Shown piece after piece: positions 18,773 to 28,068 of a stretch of DNA of 64,000 nt (positions within the stretch are counted from its first letter, which is position 1; each line of letters begins with the position of its first letter). Position numbers and translations under genes: made by a program. This DNA is from Gemmatimonadales bacterium. GTDB taxonomy: Bacteria > Gemmatimonadota > Glassbacteria > GWA2-58-10. The notes below the pieces were generated by a model, which saw only the letters and a list, made by a program, of their open reading frames with translations, did not search any database and was not told the DNA's origin. Where the stretch lies: the NCBI GenBank assembly GCA_024278175.1, contig JAJRTS010000058.1:8693-72692 (forward strand). The letters run 5' to 3'.

Positions 18773-18980
18773 GCAGCGTGTTGAAATATTCGAAAGTATG
18801 GGAATATGGTTGTCAAGGGCCGTTTTCCGCTATTACAGCCCGAAATGGCGTGAGCGATGCAACTGCCTGACAAGCATAAGTAACGGGCTCAGCAGAAGAA
18901 ACGGCTTGCCTTGCCCTTGACAACCAACAGCGCAAAATGTTTCATTTGCGTGCGTTGAACGTTTTATTTCAACGCCCCTC
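18773..18980. repeat. MITE-like repeat, copy A (flanked by TA)
   Basis: About 85% identical to 58816-59036; imperfect TIRs (GCAGCGTGTTGAAATA / rc GAGGGGCGTTGAAATA); internal 13-bp inverted repeat GGTTGTCAAGGGC...GCCCTTGACAACC; terminal hairpin GCGTTGAA...TTCAACGC. Confidence 0.55.
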
Positions 18981-19049
18981 TAAAGATAGCGGATCAACGC
19001 TGTTGCCGCAACATCCTCCTGTGCCGGGGGCCGCCACTTCAGCGCCGGG

Positions 19050-20753
19050 TCAGTCGATCACCGGCAGCACGATATACGACGGGTATTTCTGATCGTGATA
19101 GACGGTTTGCGCGGCCTTGACCCAGCCGGTTTCCGTGGCGAAATCGTTGCCCGTGTTCAGGTTGCGGTCGAACCTGGGGAAGCTGCTGCTGGAGATTTCG
19201 ATCCTGACCATGTGCCCCTTTTTGAACAGGTTGGAGGTGGCCCAGAGGTCGATTTCGTACTTGTAGATCCGGCCGGGAACGATATTGGCCGGATCAGTCT
19301 GACCGTTGCGGAAACTGGCGCGGATAATCCCGTCGGCGATCTTGAACGCCCGCCCGTCGGGGTAAACGTCCACCAGCTTGGCGGTGAAATCCGTATTTTT
19401 AGCGCTGCTGGCCGCGTGCAGGATTACCTTGAGCGGGCCGGTGACCTCCAGATTTTTTTTCAGCGGCAAGGTTGTGTACACGAGCACATCCTCCCGGCTC
19501 TCAACCTCCCGCTGATCAGTGGGTTCCATCGGAGCCGAGGGCACCGGGTCCGCCGGGTCGTAGATGAACCGGTCGGGCGGGGAGCCGGCGTCTGCTTTGA
19601 GCTAAATTGCCCCATCGCCGCCCAGGTAGTAGTTGACATAGCGGGTGCGCGCCAGCGGCCACTCGTTTTCGAATCGCCACTGGTTGGCTCCCATCACGAA
19701 TATTTTCACCGGCGGTTCGCTTGCGATTTCGTCCTGCACGTCTTTGAGGTGGTAGTCGAACCAGCTCCGTCTGATTTCGCGGATTTTGAGCACCGACTGT
19801 TCGCCGAAATCGAGTTCGCCCACCCTGGGGCCCCGCGAGACGCCGTGGATCCAGGGGCCGATAATCAGCTTCTGCCTGGCCCTGACCTGTTCGGGGACCA
19901 CCCCGGAGGTCATCCCGATGAAATTTTGCAGAGTGCCCTGCAGGCAGATGTCGAACCAGCCGCCGACATTGCAGGCCGCCGCGGAAATTTTGTTATAGCG
20001 GCCGCGGATGGTGGTCCGGTCCCAGTACCTGTCGCGGGCGGGATGGGAAAGCCAGTCGCGCAGAAAAGGGATACGCCAGCCCAGCAGCCGGTCCTGCCCG
20101 ATCAGGGGCAGGGAGTAGAAAACCTGGTCGCGGGTCGAATCGAGATAATCCTGCGCAACAATGAACGGGGATGACATCTCGTGGCTCCAGCCGCTGAAAA
20201 GCCTCATGCGGAACGCGCCGCCCGAGTAAGCCATGTCGTGCAGGTCGCCGAAGCCCACCACCGGGAACATCGCCGTAACCCCCGGAGCGTTTTCCACCGC
20301 GGTGATCCACTGGGTATAGCCCACGTAGGAGCCGCCGATCGTGCCGATCCGCCCGTTGCACCAGGGCTGTTCTCCCAGCCAGAGCTGCGTATCGTAACCG
20401 TCCGGGCCCTCGTTTTGCATCGCGTCGAATACGCCCTCGCTCTCGAAGCGGCCGCGCACGTCCTGCAGCACCACGGCATAGCCCCGGGAGGCGAAATAGT
20501 GGCCCGTGTCGCTGCCCGGCCCCCCGTTGCCGTAGGGAGTGCGCATCAGCAGGGCCGGGAAGCGTCCCCGGGCATCGGGCCGGTAGATATTGGCCGAGAG
20601 CCGGACGCCGTCGCGAAGTTCCACTTTCACGTCCAGCTCCTCGATAACCGGGTACAGCGAGTCGGCGGCCCCGGCGACTGCGCGCTCGGGCGCAAGAGTC
20701 AGCAGGGGCAGGATAAGACACAGACGGAAAGCAAAACGCAACAGGCGGTTCAT
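19050..20753 (-). pseudogene. CocE/NonD family hydrolase (secreted), interrupted by a single in-frame TAG at 19602-19604; fragments 19602..20753 and 19050..19544
   Basis: N-terminal alpha/beta hydrolase part and C-terminal CocE_NonD domain are in the same frame; translation across the stop reads ...GGDGAI*LKADAGSPPDRFIYDPADPVP... Confidence 0.6.
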
Positions 20754-20815
20754 CCGGGACTCCGTTGGTAATGGTAAAATGAGAAAGGGTACGCGCCCAG
20801 CGCTGTTATTTTTAT

Positions 20816-22294
20816 TCAGCGGTAGATCACGAACTCATTCAGCCCCGGCACGCCGCTGCCGCGCTGACGGGTGATTTCAAGCGTGTGTTTGCCCGGTTCC
20901 AGATCGTAAAACCAGAACAGGGGAGTGCGGCGCCTGCGGTAATCGCCTTCCAGGGTCACCGTTTCGATCACCTTGCCGTCGACCCTGACCTGGCAGCGCG
21001 CCGCTCCCTCGTCGTTCACCATCCGGCCGTTGACGACAAAGCCGCGGCCCTCGAACTCGATTGTCCAGCTTTTTTCCAGTTTGTGGCCGATATCCACCTT
21101 GCTCACCGGTTGCAGGTCCTCGAAAGCGACCTCGAGTGTTTCCGGGGCTTTGGGCTGCTGGACTTCGATTTTCCAGAGGCCATTGTCAACACTGCCCCCG
21201 CCGGCTACCACCAGCTCCCCGGCCAGCCGCATGTTGACCCGGTAGACGTCGGTAAGGCTGTAATCCGAGTAGCTGAACTTGAGGTTTTCCACCTTGTCCA
21301 GCCCGTCCAGCCACTTGGCGGGGATATTGCTCAGGCCGATCATCGCCCCCAGCACGCCGGCAGCGTTGGAGGGGTTGCAGTCGGAGTCGAACCCGCAGCG
21401 GGTGGAGATGTCCACCGTTTTGCCGAAGTCCCCGCCGCCGTAGAGCAGGCCGATAGCGATATAGGCCCCGTTGACCACGGCGTCGATATTGTACGAGTCA
21501 AGCACACCACCGGGACAACCGATGTCAGCGGCGTACTTTTTCTGGACCTGGAACCAGCATTCGCGCCAGTCGTCGGGGTACTGGCGCCACCAGTCCAGCA
21601 CGTCCCGGATGCAGCGGCGGTAGCGGCTGCCCTCGGGAAGGTTGAGCAGCGCTTTTTAGACCACGGTAACGATGTCTGTTTCCACGAAAGCATGGGAGTA
21701 CATCGCGGCCACGAACACGCCGCCGTAGACCCCGTCGCCGTAGTTCATGATATGGCCAACCTTGAGGGCGTAGTCCAGGGCGGTGGCGGGCATACCCGGG
21801 TTGATCAGGCCGATAAAGTCGCTTTCGATCTGGAAGTCGATATCATCGGCGTGGGGGTTGTTTTTCCAGTGCCCGCTCTCCGGCGGCATGATGCCGTTCA
21901 GGATATTCCAGCGCCCGGCCTGGTTGGCGTGCCAGAGGGTGAACCCGGCGTTGGCGTATTTTTTGGCCAATTCTTCAACAGGGGCATCCAGACCCTTATC
22001 GGCCAGCACGGCCAGGAACGCCAGGTCCATGTAGATATCGTCGTAGAGGCCCGGATTATCGGTGTAGTACTCCAGCATCATCTCCCCGTCCCAGCGCAGG
22101 GGGACCGACTGCTGGATCCAGGTCCCGTTCCAGCTGAACTCGGTGGGGCCGCCGTAGGTACAGCCCACCACCTGCCCGACCCAGCCGCCCTTGACCTTGT
22201 CGAGCATGACTTCCTCGCTGATCTCGACAGTACGGGCATTGGCGAGCAGGGGACAGGCCAGGGTAAACACGATCAATATCCCGAAAAATCGCAT
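20816..22294 (-). pseudogene. secreted ADP-ribosylglycohydrolase-family protein with C-terminal beta-domain, interrupted by a single in-frame TAA at 21656-21658; fragments 21656..22294 and 20816..21601
   Basis: Signal peptide; ARH N-half (GGWVGQVVGCTYGGPTEF) and C-half (CGFDSDCNPSNAAGVLGAMIG) in the same frame; ...VTVV*KALLNLPEGSRYRRCIRDVLDWW... Confidence 0.6.
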
Positions 22295-22338
22295 CGGCGC
22301 AACTCCTTGTTATTAATTACGCAAGTGAGCGGCGGAGG

Positions 22339-23418
22339 TCAGCCGACCTTGAGGAAAATCTTGCGCTTGTAAAGCCAGTAGACGAAATACCAGTGGACAG
22401 CCAGTACAAGACACGCGTGAATGATTACGCCGAGATTTCCGGTGGGGCCGAGAACGGGGCCGGTAAAGACCCAGAGCCAGTCTTTTATCGAGCCGTGCAG
22501 CAGTTGGTAGAGCACGTAGATCGCGATCGAGTTCATGCCCACCACCTGGAAGATGAAACTCCAGCGCCGCCAGCCCCTGATCTCGATAATCCAGTAGAAC
22601 GCGGCCAGCAGCAGGTATGCCCAGCCGCCGGCGAACAGTGTCCACGAGGCGGTCCAGATGCGCTTGACCACGGGGATAACCGGGTGCAGGGCAGCTCCGG
22701 CGCCAATCAGGCCGACTCCGGCCAGCATCATCCAGAGCACTTTTTTCTTCTCGGCCGCTTCGCTGCGGATCAGTTCGCCGGCCATGATGCCCAGGATAAC
22801 CGTGGCGATAGAGCTGAAGGCGTTGAAGCTTGTGTAGCCGCCGCTGTTATAGCGGCCGAGCAGGGTGAAATCCAGCCAGGCGGCGAAATTGGCGTTCTTG
22901 GCGTAGACATCGGCGCCGGCGCCGGGGCCGAACTGGAAGAGCAGAGCGTGGACGGCTAGGATGGCCAGCGCGGTAAGACCCTGTACCTTCCAGCCGCGGC
23001 CCAGGACGAAAAAGGCGAAAAAGTAGGCGATAGCGATCTGTTGCAACACGGTGATACAGTTTAAAAACAGCTCGCCCTGATGGATGCAGACAATGCCCAT
23101 GCCCACGACCAGCAGGGTAAGTGAGCGCTTGGCCGCGTGCTTGAGCTGGCTGGCGTGGCTCTCGCCCCGGGCGCTGCGGATAGCGAACGCGAACGGCATG
23201 GCCACCCCGACGATAAAAATAAACGAGGGCTGGATCAGGTCCCAGATCCCGAAGCCTTCCCATTCAACGTGCATGAACTGGTGGGCCCACCACCGCAGGC
23301 CGGGGGTGTCTGCCAGCACGGTGAACCCGAATCCGGCGCTCGCCATCAGGAACATCGTAAATCCCCGGTAGACATCCAGTGACAAAAGTCTTTCACGTTT
23401 GGCAGGGTTAGCATTCAT
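22339..23418 (-). CDS. DUF5009/DUF1624 (HGSNAT-like) polytopic membrane acyltransferase-family protein
   Basis: LSLDVYRGFTMFLM N-terminal motif, multiple TM segments. Confidence 0.65.
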   Translation of the reverse strand: MNANPAKRERLLSLDVYRGFTMFLMASAGFGFTVLADTPGLRWWAHQFMHVEWEGFGIWDLIQPSFIFIVGVAMPFAFAIRSARGESHASQLKHAAKRSLTLLVVGMGIVCIHQGELFLNCITVLQQIAIAYFFAFFVLGRGWKVQGLTALAILAVHALLFQFGPGAGADVYAKNANFAAWLDFTLLGRYNSGGYTSFNAFSSIATVILGIMAGELIRSEAAEKKKVLWMMLAGVGLIGAGAALHPVIPVVKRIWTASWTLFAGGWAYLLLAAFYWIIEIRGWRRWSFIFQVVGMNSIAIYVLYQLLHGSIKDWLWVFTGPVLGPTGNLGVIIHACLVLAVHWYFVYWLYKRKIFLKVG

Positions 23419-23807
23419 TTTTAAGCCGGCTCCGGTATAGAGGGGGAACTCGTTATGGGAGAAAAGAATTGAACCGCGGAAGTGGCGGTAATGCTATATT
23501 TCAGCTAAAGCGTCAGCGGCGCAAGGTTATTGTGGATTTTAGCACTCGAATCATCCGGGAACGGGTTGTTATGCTCTTATGGGCGGTAATATGGGCGGGC
23601 TATGGTTTCCAGTGAGTTATCCGTCGGTCCGGTTATTTTCAGCGGTAAGGTTGAAATCGGTTGAGCAATCGCACTATTATTGATAAGATTGTTTCAAATC
23701 ATCCTGATGGCAATAGTGTCAATATTGTATTCCTGCAACCAATTTTCCAACCGAGCCGCCGGGAGACGGAAGAATCAAAAGGCCGGTTGGCCGCTCAGCC
23801 AGTCCTA

Positions 23808-23885
23808 AGGGAGCGTGTTGATAAAACCGGTCGTCATGGGAAGTAAGCTGTCAAGGGGGCTGTTGAATGTTTTTGCAACGCCCTG
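23808..23885. repeat. internally deleted copy of the MITE-like repeat, overlapping the 5' end of the Na/Pi transporter ORF
   Basis: AGCGTGTTGAtAAA...CATGGGAAGTAA-GCTGTCAAGGGGGC joined to CTGTTGAATGTTTTTGCAACGCCCTG; TA flanks. Confidence 0.4.
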
Positions 23886-23908
23886 TAACCGCATTCAAAA
23901 GGATCGCC

Positions 23909-25798
23909 ATGATGAGTTTCAACTGCCAGTTTAGCCGGCTGTATCTGGAGCGGTATCGTCTGCGTAACGCCATGCTGGTGGTTGGCTTGTTAATTGTTTC
24001 GTCCGCGGCCGGTGCGATGGCGCTGGCCAAAGGAGTGGATGGGGAAACCTCCGGTGCGCTCGATTTGTGGACGATGAGCGTTGGTATGCTCGGCGGACTG
24101 GCGCTTTTCCTCTATGGCATGGAGCAGATGGCCGATGCGCTAAAGGCGCTGGCCGCCGACCGCCTTAAGGATATTCTGAAAAGACTGACTTCCAACCGCT
24201 TTATCGGCGCCATCACCGGCGCGCTGGTCACCGCCGTAATTCAGTCATCCTCGGTGACAACCGTGCTGGTAGTGGGCTTTATCAGCGCGGGTGTGCTCAC
24301 CGTATCGCAGGCCGTGGGGATTATTTTCGGGGCGAATATCGGCAGTACGTTTACCGCTCAGCTTATCGCATTCAAGGTGACCAAGCTGGCGCTGCTGATG
24401 GTTGCGGGCGGTTTTGCGATGCTTTTTATCTCCCGCAAGGATCGGGTAAAGCAATACGGGGCGATGATTATGGGGCTGGGCCTGGTGTTTTTCGGGATGA
24501 GCCTGATGAGCGATGCAATGAAGCCGCTGAGGACTTACAGCCCGTTTATAAATTTGATGACGCGCATGGAGATCCCAGTACTGGGCATCCTGGTCGGGGC
24601 GGTTTTCACTGGAATGATCCAGTCTTCGGCCGCGACAACCGGAGTGGTGATCGCGATGGCGAGCCAGGGACTGATCACCCTGACCGGCGGGATTGCGATC
24701 ATTTTCGGAGCCAATATCGGCACCTGTGCAACGGCGCTGCTGGCTTCGATCGGAAAACCGCGTAACGCTTTGAGGGCCAGTGTTATCCATATTTTGTTCA
24801 ATGTTCTGGGCGTGGTACTGTGGATGGGATTGATCGACAAGCTGGCGGAGCTGGTTAAGATTGTCTCTCCCGTTGCCCAGGGGCTTGCCGGTACGGAAAA
24901 GCTGGCGGCCGAGACGCCGCGCCAGATCGCCAACGCCCATAGTGTTTTCAATGTCGCCAATACGCTGATCTTTCTTCCGTTCGGACCGCTGTTCGCCCGG
25001 TTCGTCAACGTGATTTTACCGGACAAGGAAGTTGAGGTCGACGCCAAGACCGGTCTGGCCGTGGAGTTCAAAACAAAATTTATCGACAGGGATCTGCTGA
25101 CGGTCCCGTCGATAGCCCTCGAACAGGCGCGTAATGAAATAATACAGATGGCGGGGTTGGTCGAGGGGCTGATCAAAGATGTCATCCCCGGTTTTAAGAG
25201 CGGCGACCCGAAAACAGCGGAACTTATGTTGGCCAGAGAAGCGGAAATTAAATATCTGGGCAAGGAACTGGAGCAGTATCTGATCGAAATTTCCCGCTGC
25301 AATTTGAATCAACAGCAATCCGAATTAACCGCCCAGTATATGGATATCAACTCCGACCTGAAACACATCGGTAAAATAGTCAGGAAGGATTTTATAATGC
25401 TGCTTCACCGGAAAGTGGAGGCGGATGAGGTTTTTACAGCGGAAGAACAAGGCAAGATGTTGGAATACAATAAGATAATCATGGATAATTTGTCCAAGGC
25501 GATCCGGGCTTTTTCCGGGGACAACGCGCAACTGGCCAGGGAGGTAATCCGCGCCAAGCCGCTGGTAGTCAAGCAGCTCAGGGACTATCGGGCGCTACGT
25601 TTCGAGCTCTCCAAGGAGGAAAACGGTAAATCGGTCGCCAGCCGGGACGCCCATCTGGACCTGGCCGATTTTCTGCGCCGCGTTTACGCCTACTCGGAGG
25701 CGATCGCTTTTACGATGCTCGAGGGTTACCTGGACGGCAGAAAAGGAGAGGGAGAGCGTCCGGAGAAAAAAGAACTTGCCGTTGCCGAAGCGGTCTAG
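23909..25798 (+). CDS. Na/Pi cotransporter family protein with C-terminal PhoU-like domains
   Basis: Two Na_Pi_cotrans repeats (QSSSVTTVLVVGF / QSSAATTGVVIAMA) and PhoU-like C-terminus; start chosen at ATG 23909 (AAAAGGA RBS) because 23867-23908 lies inside the repeat remnant. Confidence 0.8.
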   Translation: MMSFNCQFSRLYLERYRLRNAMLVVGLLIVSSAAGAMALAKGVDGETSGALDLWTMSVGMLGGLALFLYGMEQMADALKALAADRLKDILKRLTSNRFIGAITGALVTAVIQSSSVTTVLVVGFISAGVLTVSQAVGIIFGANIGSTFTAQLIAFKVTKLALLMVAGGFAMLFISRKDRVKQYGAMIMGLGLVFFGMSLMSDAMKPLRTYSPFINLMTRMEIPVLGILVGAVFTGMIQSSAATTGVVIAMASQGLITLTGGIAIIFGANIGTCATALLASIGKPRNALRASVIHILFNVLGVVLWMGLIDKLAELVKIVSPVAQGLAGTEKLAAETPRQIANAHSVFNVANTLIFLPFGPLFARFVNVILPDKEVEVDAKTGLAVEFKTKFIDRDLLTVPSIALEQARNEIIQMAGLVEGLIKDVIPGFKSGDPKTAELMLAREAEIKYLGKELEQYLIEISRCNLNQQQSELTAQYMDINSDLKHIGKIVRKDFIMLLHRKVEADEVFTAEEQGKMLEYNKIIMDNLSKAIRAFSGDNAQLAREVIRAKPLVVKQLRDYRALRFELSKEENGKSVASRDAHLDLADFLRRVYAYSEAIAFTMLEGYLDGRKGEGERPEKKELAVAEAV

Positions 25799-25995
25799 GC
25801 AGAGATAATCCGGCCTTCGCCACGCAGCAAAACCCGCCGCAAGAGTTTGATCTCTTAAGATGGTGCCGGGAACCGGGAAATCCGGCGGACGGTTTTTGGA
25901 ATAATATTGGTAACAATTTATCACCTAGAGTCCGCAACCGATTCGTCAGCGCAAAAGTCTTCAATTCTCATCACTCCCGGAAGGGAACTGAACTT

Positions 25996-27159
25996 ATGGA
26001 CCGCAGAAAATTCATGGCCCATGGACTGCTGGCCACCGGGGCTCTGTCTGTCGGCAAAGTCAAAGCTGATACAGGTGGAAGTGCAAAAAAAAGTGAATCC
26101 CCGCGGAAAATGAAATACCGCAAGCTGGGCCGCACGGGTCTGATGGTCAGCGAGGTTTCTTTCGGTACCTACGGCTGGCAGCAAACACCGGTGCTGGGAT
26201 TTGCAGTCGAGGCGGGCGTTAACCTGGTCTGCACCTGCGCGGACTACCAGAGCGGGGCTGCCGAGCGGGCGCTGGGACCAGCCCTGGCCAAGTACCGGGA
26301 TAAGGTGTTTGTACTCTCGGGAATCGACTGCAAGCGCAATCCCGATGAGCCGACCATGCTGCGTCGTCTGGACGAGAGCCTGGAGACGATGGGCCTGGAG
26401 TACCTGGATCTCTATGTTCCCCATCAGGCCGACACGGTGGAGAATATCACCAACCCGGCGATCCCCGCCGCGTTCGAAAAAATGAAAGCCGCCGGCAAGG
26501 CTAAGTACCTGGGGATCAGCACCCACAGTGGCCAGTTGGAGCCGATGTTGAACAAGGCGATCGATCTTGGCTACTACGACCTGATCCTCTGCCGCTATAA
26601 TTTCATGGAGTATAAAAGCCAGCAGGAGCTTTTCCGCCGGGCCGCGGAGCACAATATCGGGGTGATCGTATTCAAGGTGCGCGCCGGCGCCCGCGAATCG
26701 GAGGTCAAGGCGCTGGAGGAAAAAGGACTGGAACTCGGCCAGGCGCGGATGAGTTGGGCGCTGTCCAACCCCGACGTAACCTCGGTCTGCGCGCATTTCA
26801 GCAATTTCGGCGCTATCGGCAATTATCTGGAAGCGATAAACACCGGGCTGTCGTTGGACGGCGCCGAATTGCTCGATCAATACCGCCAGGCCTTTGACAG
26901 CAGCTATTGCCGCAACTGCGCATCCTGCACCGAGGCCTGCCCTCACGGGGTAAATGTGGCCGATATCCTGCGTTTCAAGATGTATTTCAACCAATACGGG
27001 TTCGAGAAAGAGGCGATGGCGCGTTATGCGCAGTTGCCGGCCGGCCAACGGCCCACTCAGTGCGAATCCTGCCCCGCTCCCTGCGAAAAGCTCTGTCCCC
27101 ACGGCCTTAACACCCGGGCGCAGTTACTGGAAGCCGCGCAAATACTGGCGCTGGCATAA
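25996..27159 (+). CDS. Tat-exported aldo/keto reductase with C-terminal ferredoxin-like Cys cluster
   Basis: RRKFMAHGLLATGALSVG signal; AKR body; C-terminal CRNCASCTEACP...CESCPAPCEKLCP. Confidence 0.8.
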   Translation: MDRRKFMAHGLLATGALSVGKVKADTGGSAKKSESPRKMKYRKLGRTGLMVSEVSFGTYGWQQTPVLGFAVEAGVNLVCTCADYQSGAAERALGPALAKYRDKVFVLSGIDCKRNPDEPTMLRRLDESLETMGLEYLDLYVPHQADTVENITNPAIPAAFEKMKAAGKAKYLGISTHSGQLEPMLNKAIDLGYYDLILCRYNFMEYKSQQELFRRAAEHNIGVIVFKVRAGARESEVKALEEKGLELGQARMSWALSNPDVTSVCAHFSNFGAIGNYLEAINTGLSLDGAELLDQYRQAFDSSYCRNCASCTEACPHGVNVADILRFKMYFNQYGFEKEAMARYAQLPAGQRPTQCESCPAPCEKLCPHGLNTRAQLLEAAQILALA

Positions 27160-27173
27160 AAGCACGCTGCATC

Positions 27174-27262
27174 CGCGGGCGGGCGGCGCCGGTGCTTGCG
27201 CACCGGCAACCCCGCGGGGTTGCGCGCATAAATGCGCGCGCCGCCCGCCCGCCCGCGCCGGG
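27174..27262. repeat. nested GC-rich palindromic element (REP/BIME-like or complex terminator)
   Basis: GCGGGCGGGCGGCGC...GCGCCGCCCGCCCGCCCGC outer arms enclosing three internal palindromes (CCGGTGC..GCACCGG, AACCCCGCGGGGTT, GCGCGCATAAATGCGCGC); ends GGGTTTTCCC. Confidence 0.4.
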
Positions 27263-27524
27263 TTTTCCCGCGAGATATTCCTCCCATTCGCTTGAATTTT
27301 TAATGATTCCGGCATAAGATTAATCAGGGGCTGATGCTATTTCCTGACATAGTAATCTCCATCGCGCTGCAGGCACGTTGGAAAAAAGACATCTCCTTGG
27401 AATCCCGGCCAGGCTGGCCCCGGCGTCAAACAAGCATTGTGTGTCCGCAATCCAACGCCGGCTATGGGTTAACGACCCGCGTTGGACCTCAGCTACTCCA
27501 ACCCCGGGAGGAAGGAGCCCGCAG

Positions 27525-27989
27525 ATGTCTATCGCTACTCAGTTGCAGGAGTTCATGGTATCCAACGGGGTGGAATACGAGGTGATTGCGCATCCTGTCA
27601 CCTATACCGCTCAGGAGACCGCGGCCAGCGTGCACAGGCCGGGCAGGGAAGTTGTCAAGCCGGTGCTGGTAACCGATGGGGAGAACTACGCCCTGGCGGT
27701 TGTGGACGCGCCCCATCAGGTGGATTTCCACAAGTTCGCCCGCGCCTCCGGGATGGAGGGGGCCGTGCTGGCTGATGAGGCGGTGATGCGCGAGTTGTTC
27801 CCCGACTGCGAGCCGGGGGCCATGCCGCCGTTCGGCAACCTGTACGGAGTCAAGGTTTACTGCGACAGCCATCTGGAGCAGGACGACTCGATCACGTTCA
27901 ATGCCTGCAACCATTACGAGGCGGTGCGGATGAAGTGGGAGGATTTCAAGCGGATTGTCAAGCCCGTGATCGTGGACATCTGCGAATGA
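27525..27989 (+). CDS. YbaK/ProX-like aminoacyl-tRNA deacylase domain protein
   Basis: 154 aa; YbaK-like motifs (HP...T..E, KPVLV); strong RBS GGGAGGAAGGAG before ATG 27525. Confidence 0.65.
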   Translation: MSIATQLQEFMVSNGVEYEVIAHPVTYTAQETAASVHRPGREVVKPVLVTDGENYALAVVDAPHQVDFHKFARASGMEGAVLADEAVMRELFPDCEPGAMPPFGNLYGVKVYCDSHLEQDDSITFNACNHYEAVRMKWEDFKRIVKPVIVDICE

Positions 27990-28068
27990 GGGTGGGGCTC
28001 GTGTGGCAGGGGATCAGGCCGTCCGGATTACGCGATTATCCGGGCGGTTTTTATTTTAAAGACGCCTT

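Noticed and set aside
19602-19604. In-frame TAG as pyrrolysine, or a genetic-code change
   Set aside because: TAG, TAA and TGA are all used as genuine stops by confidently called genes here (for example galK ends TAG, marC ends TAG); no pyl genes seen. The other two interruptions are TAA.
23661-23846. 61-aa ORF in the AT-rich intergenic region
   Set aside because: No RBS, low-complexity, lies in the promoter and repeat-remnant region.
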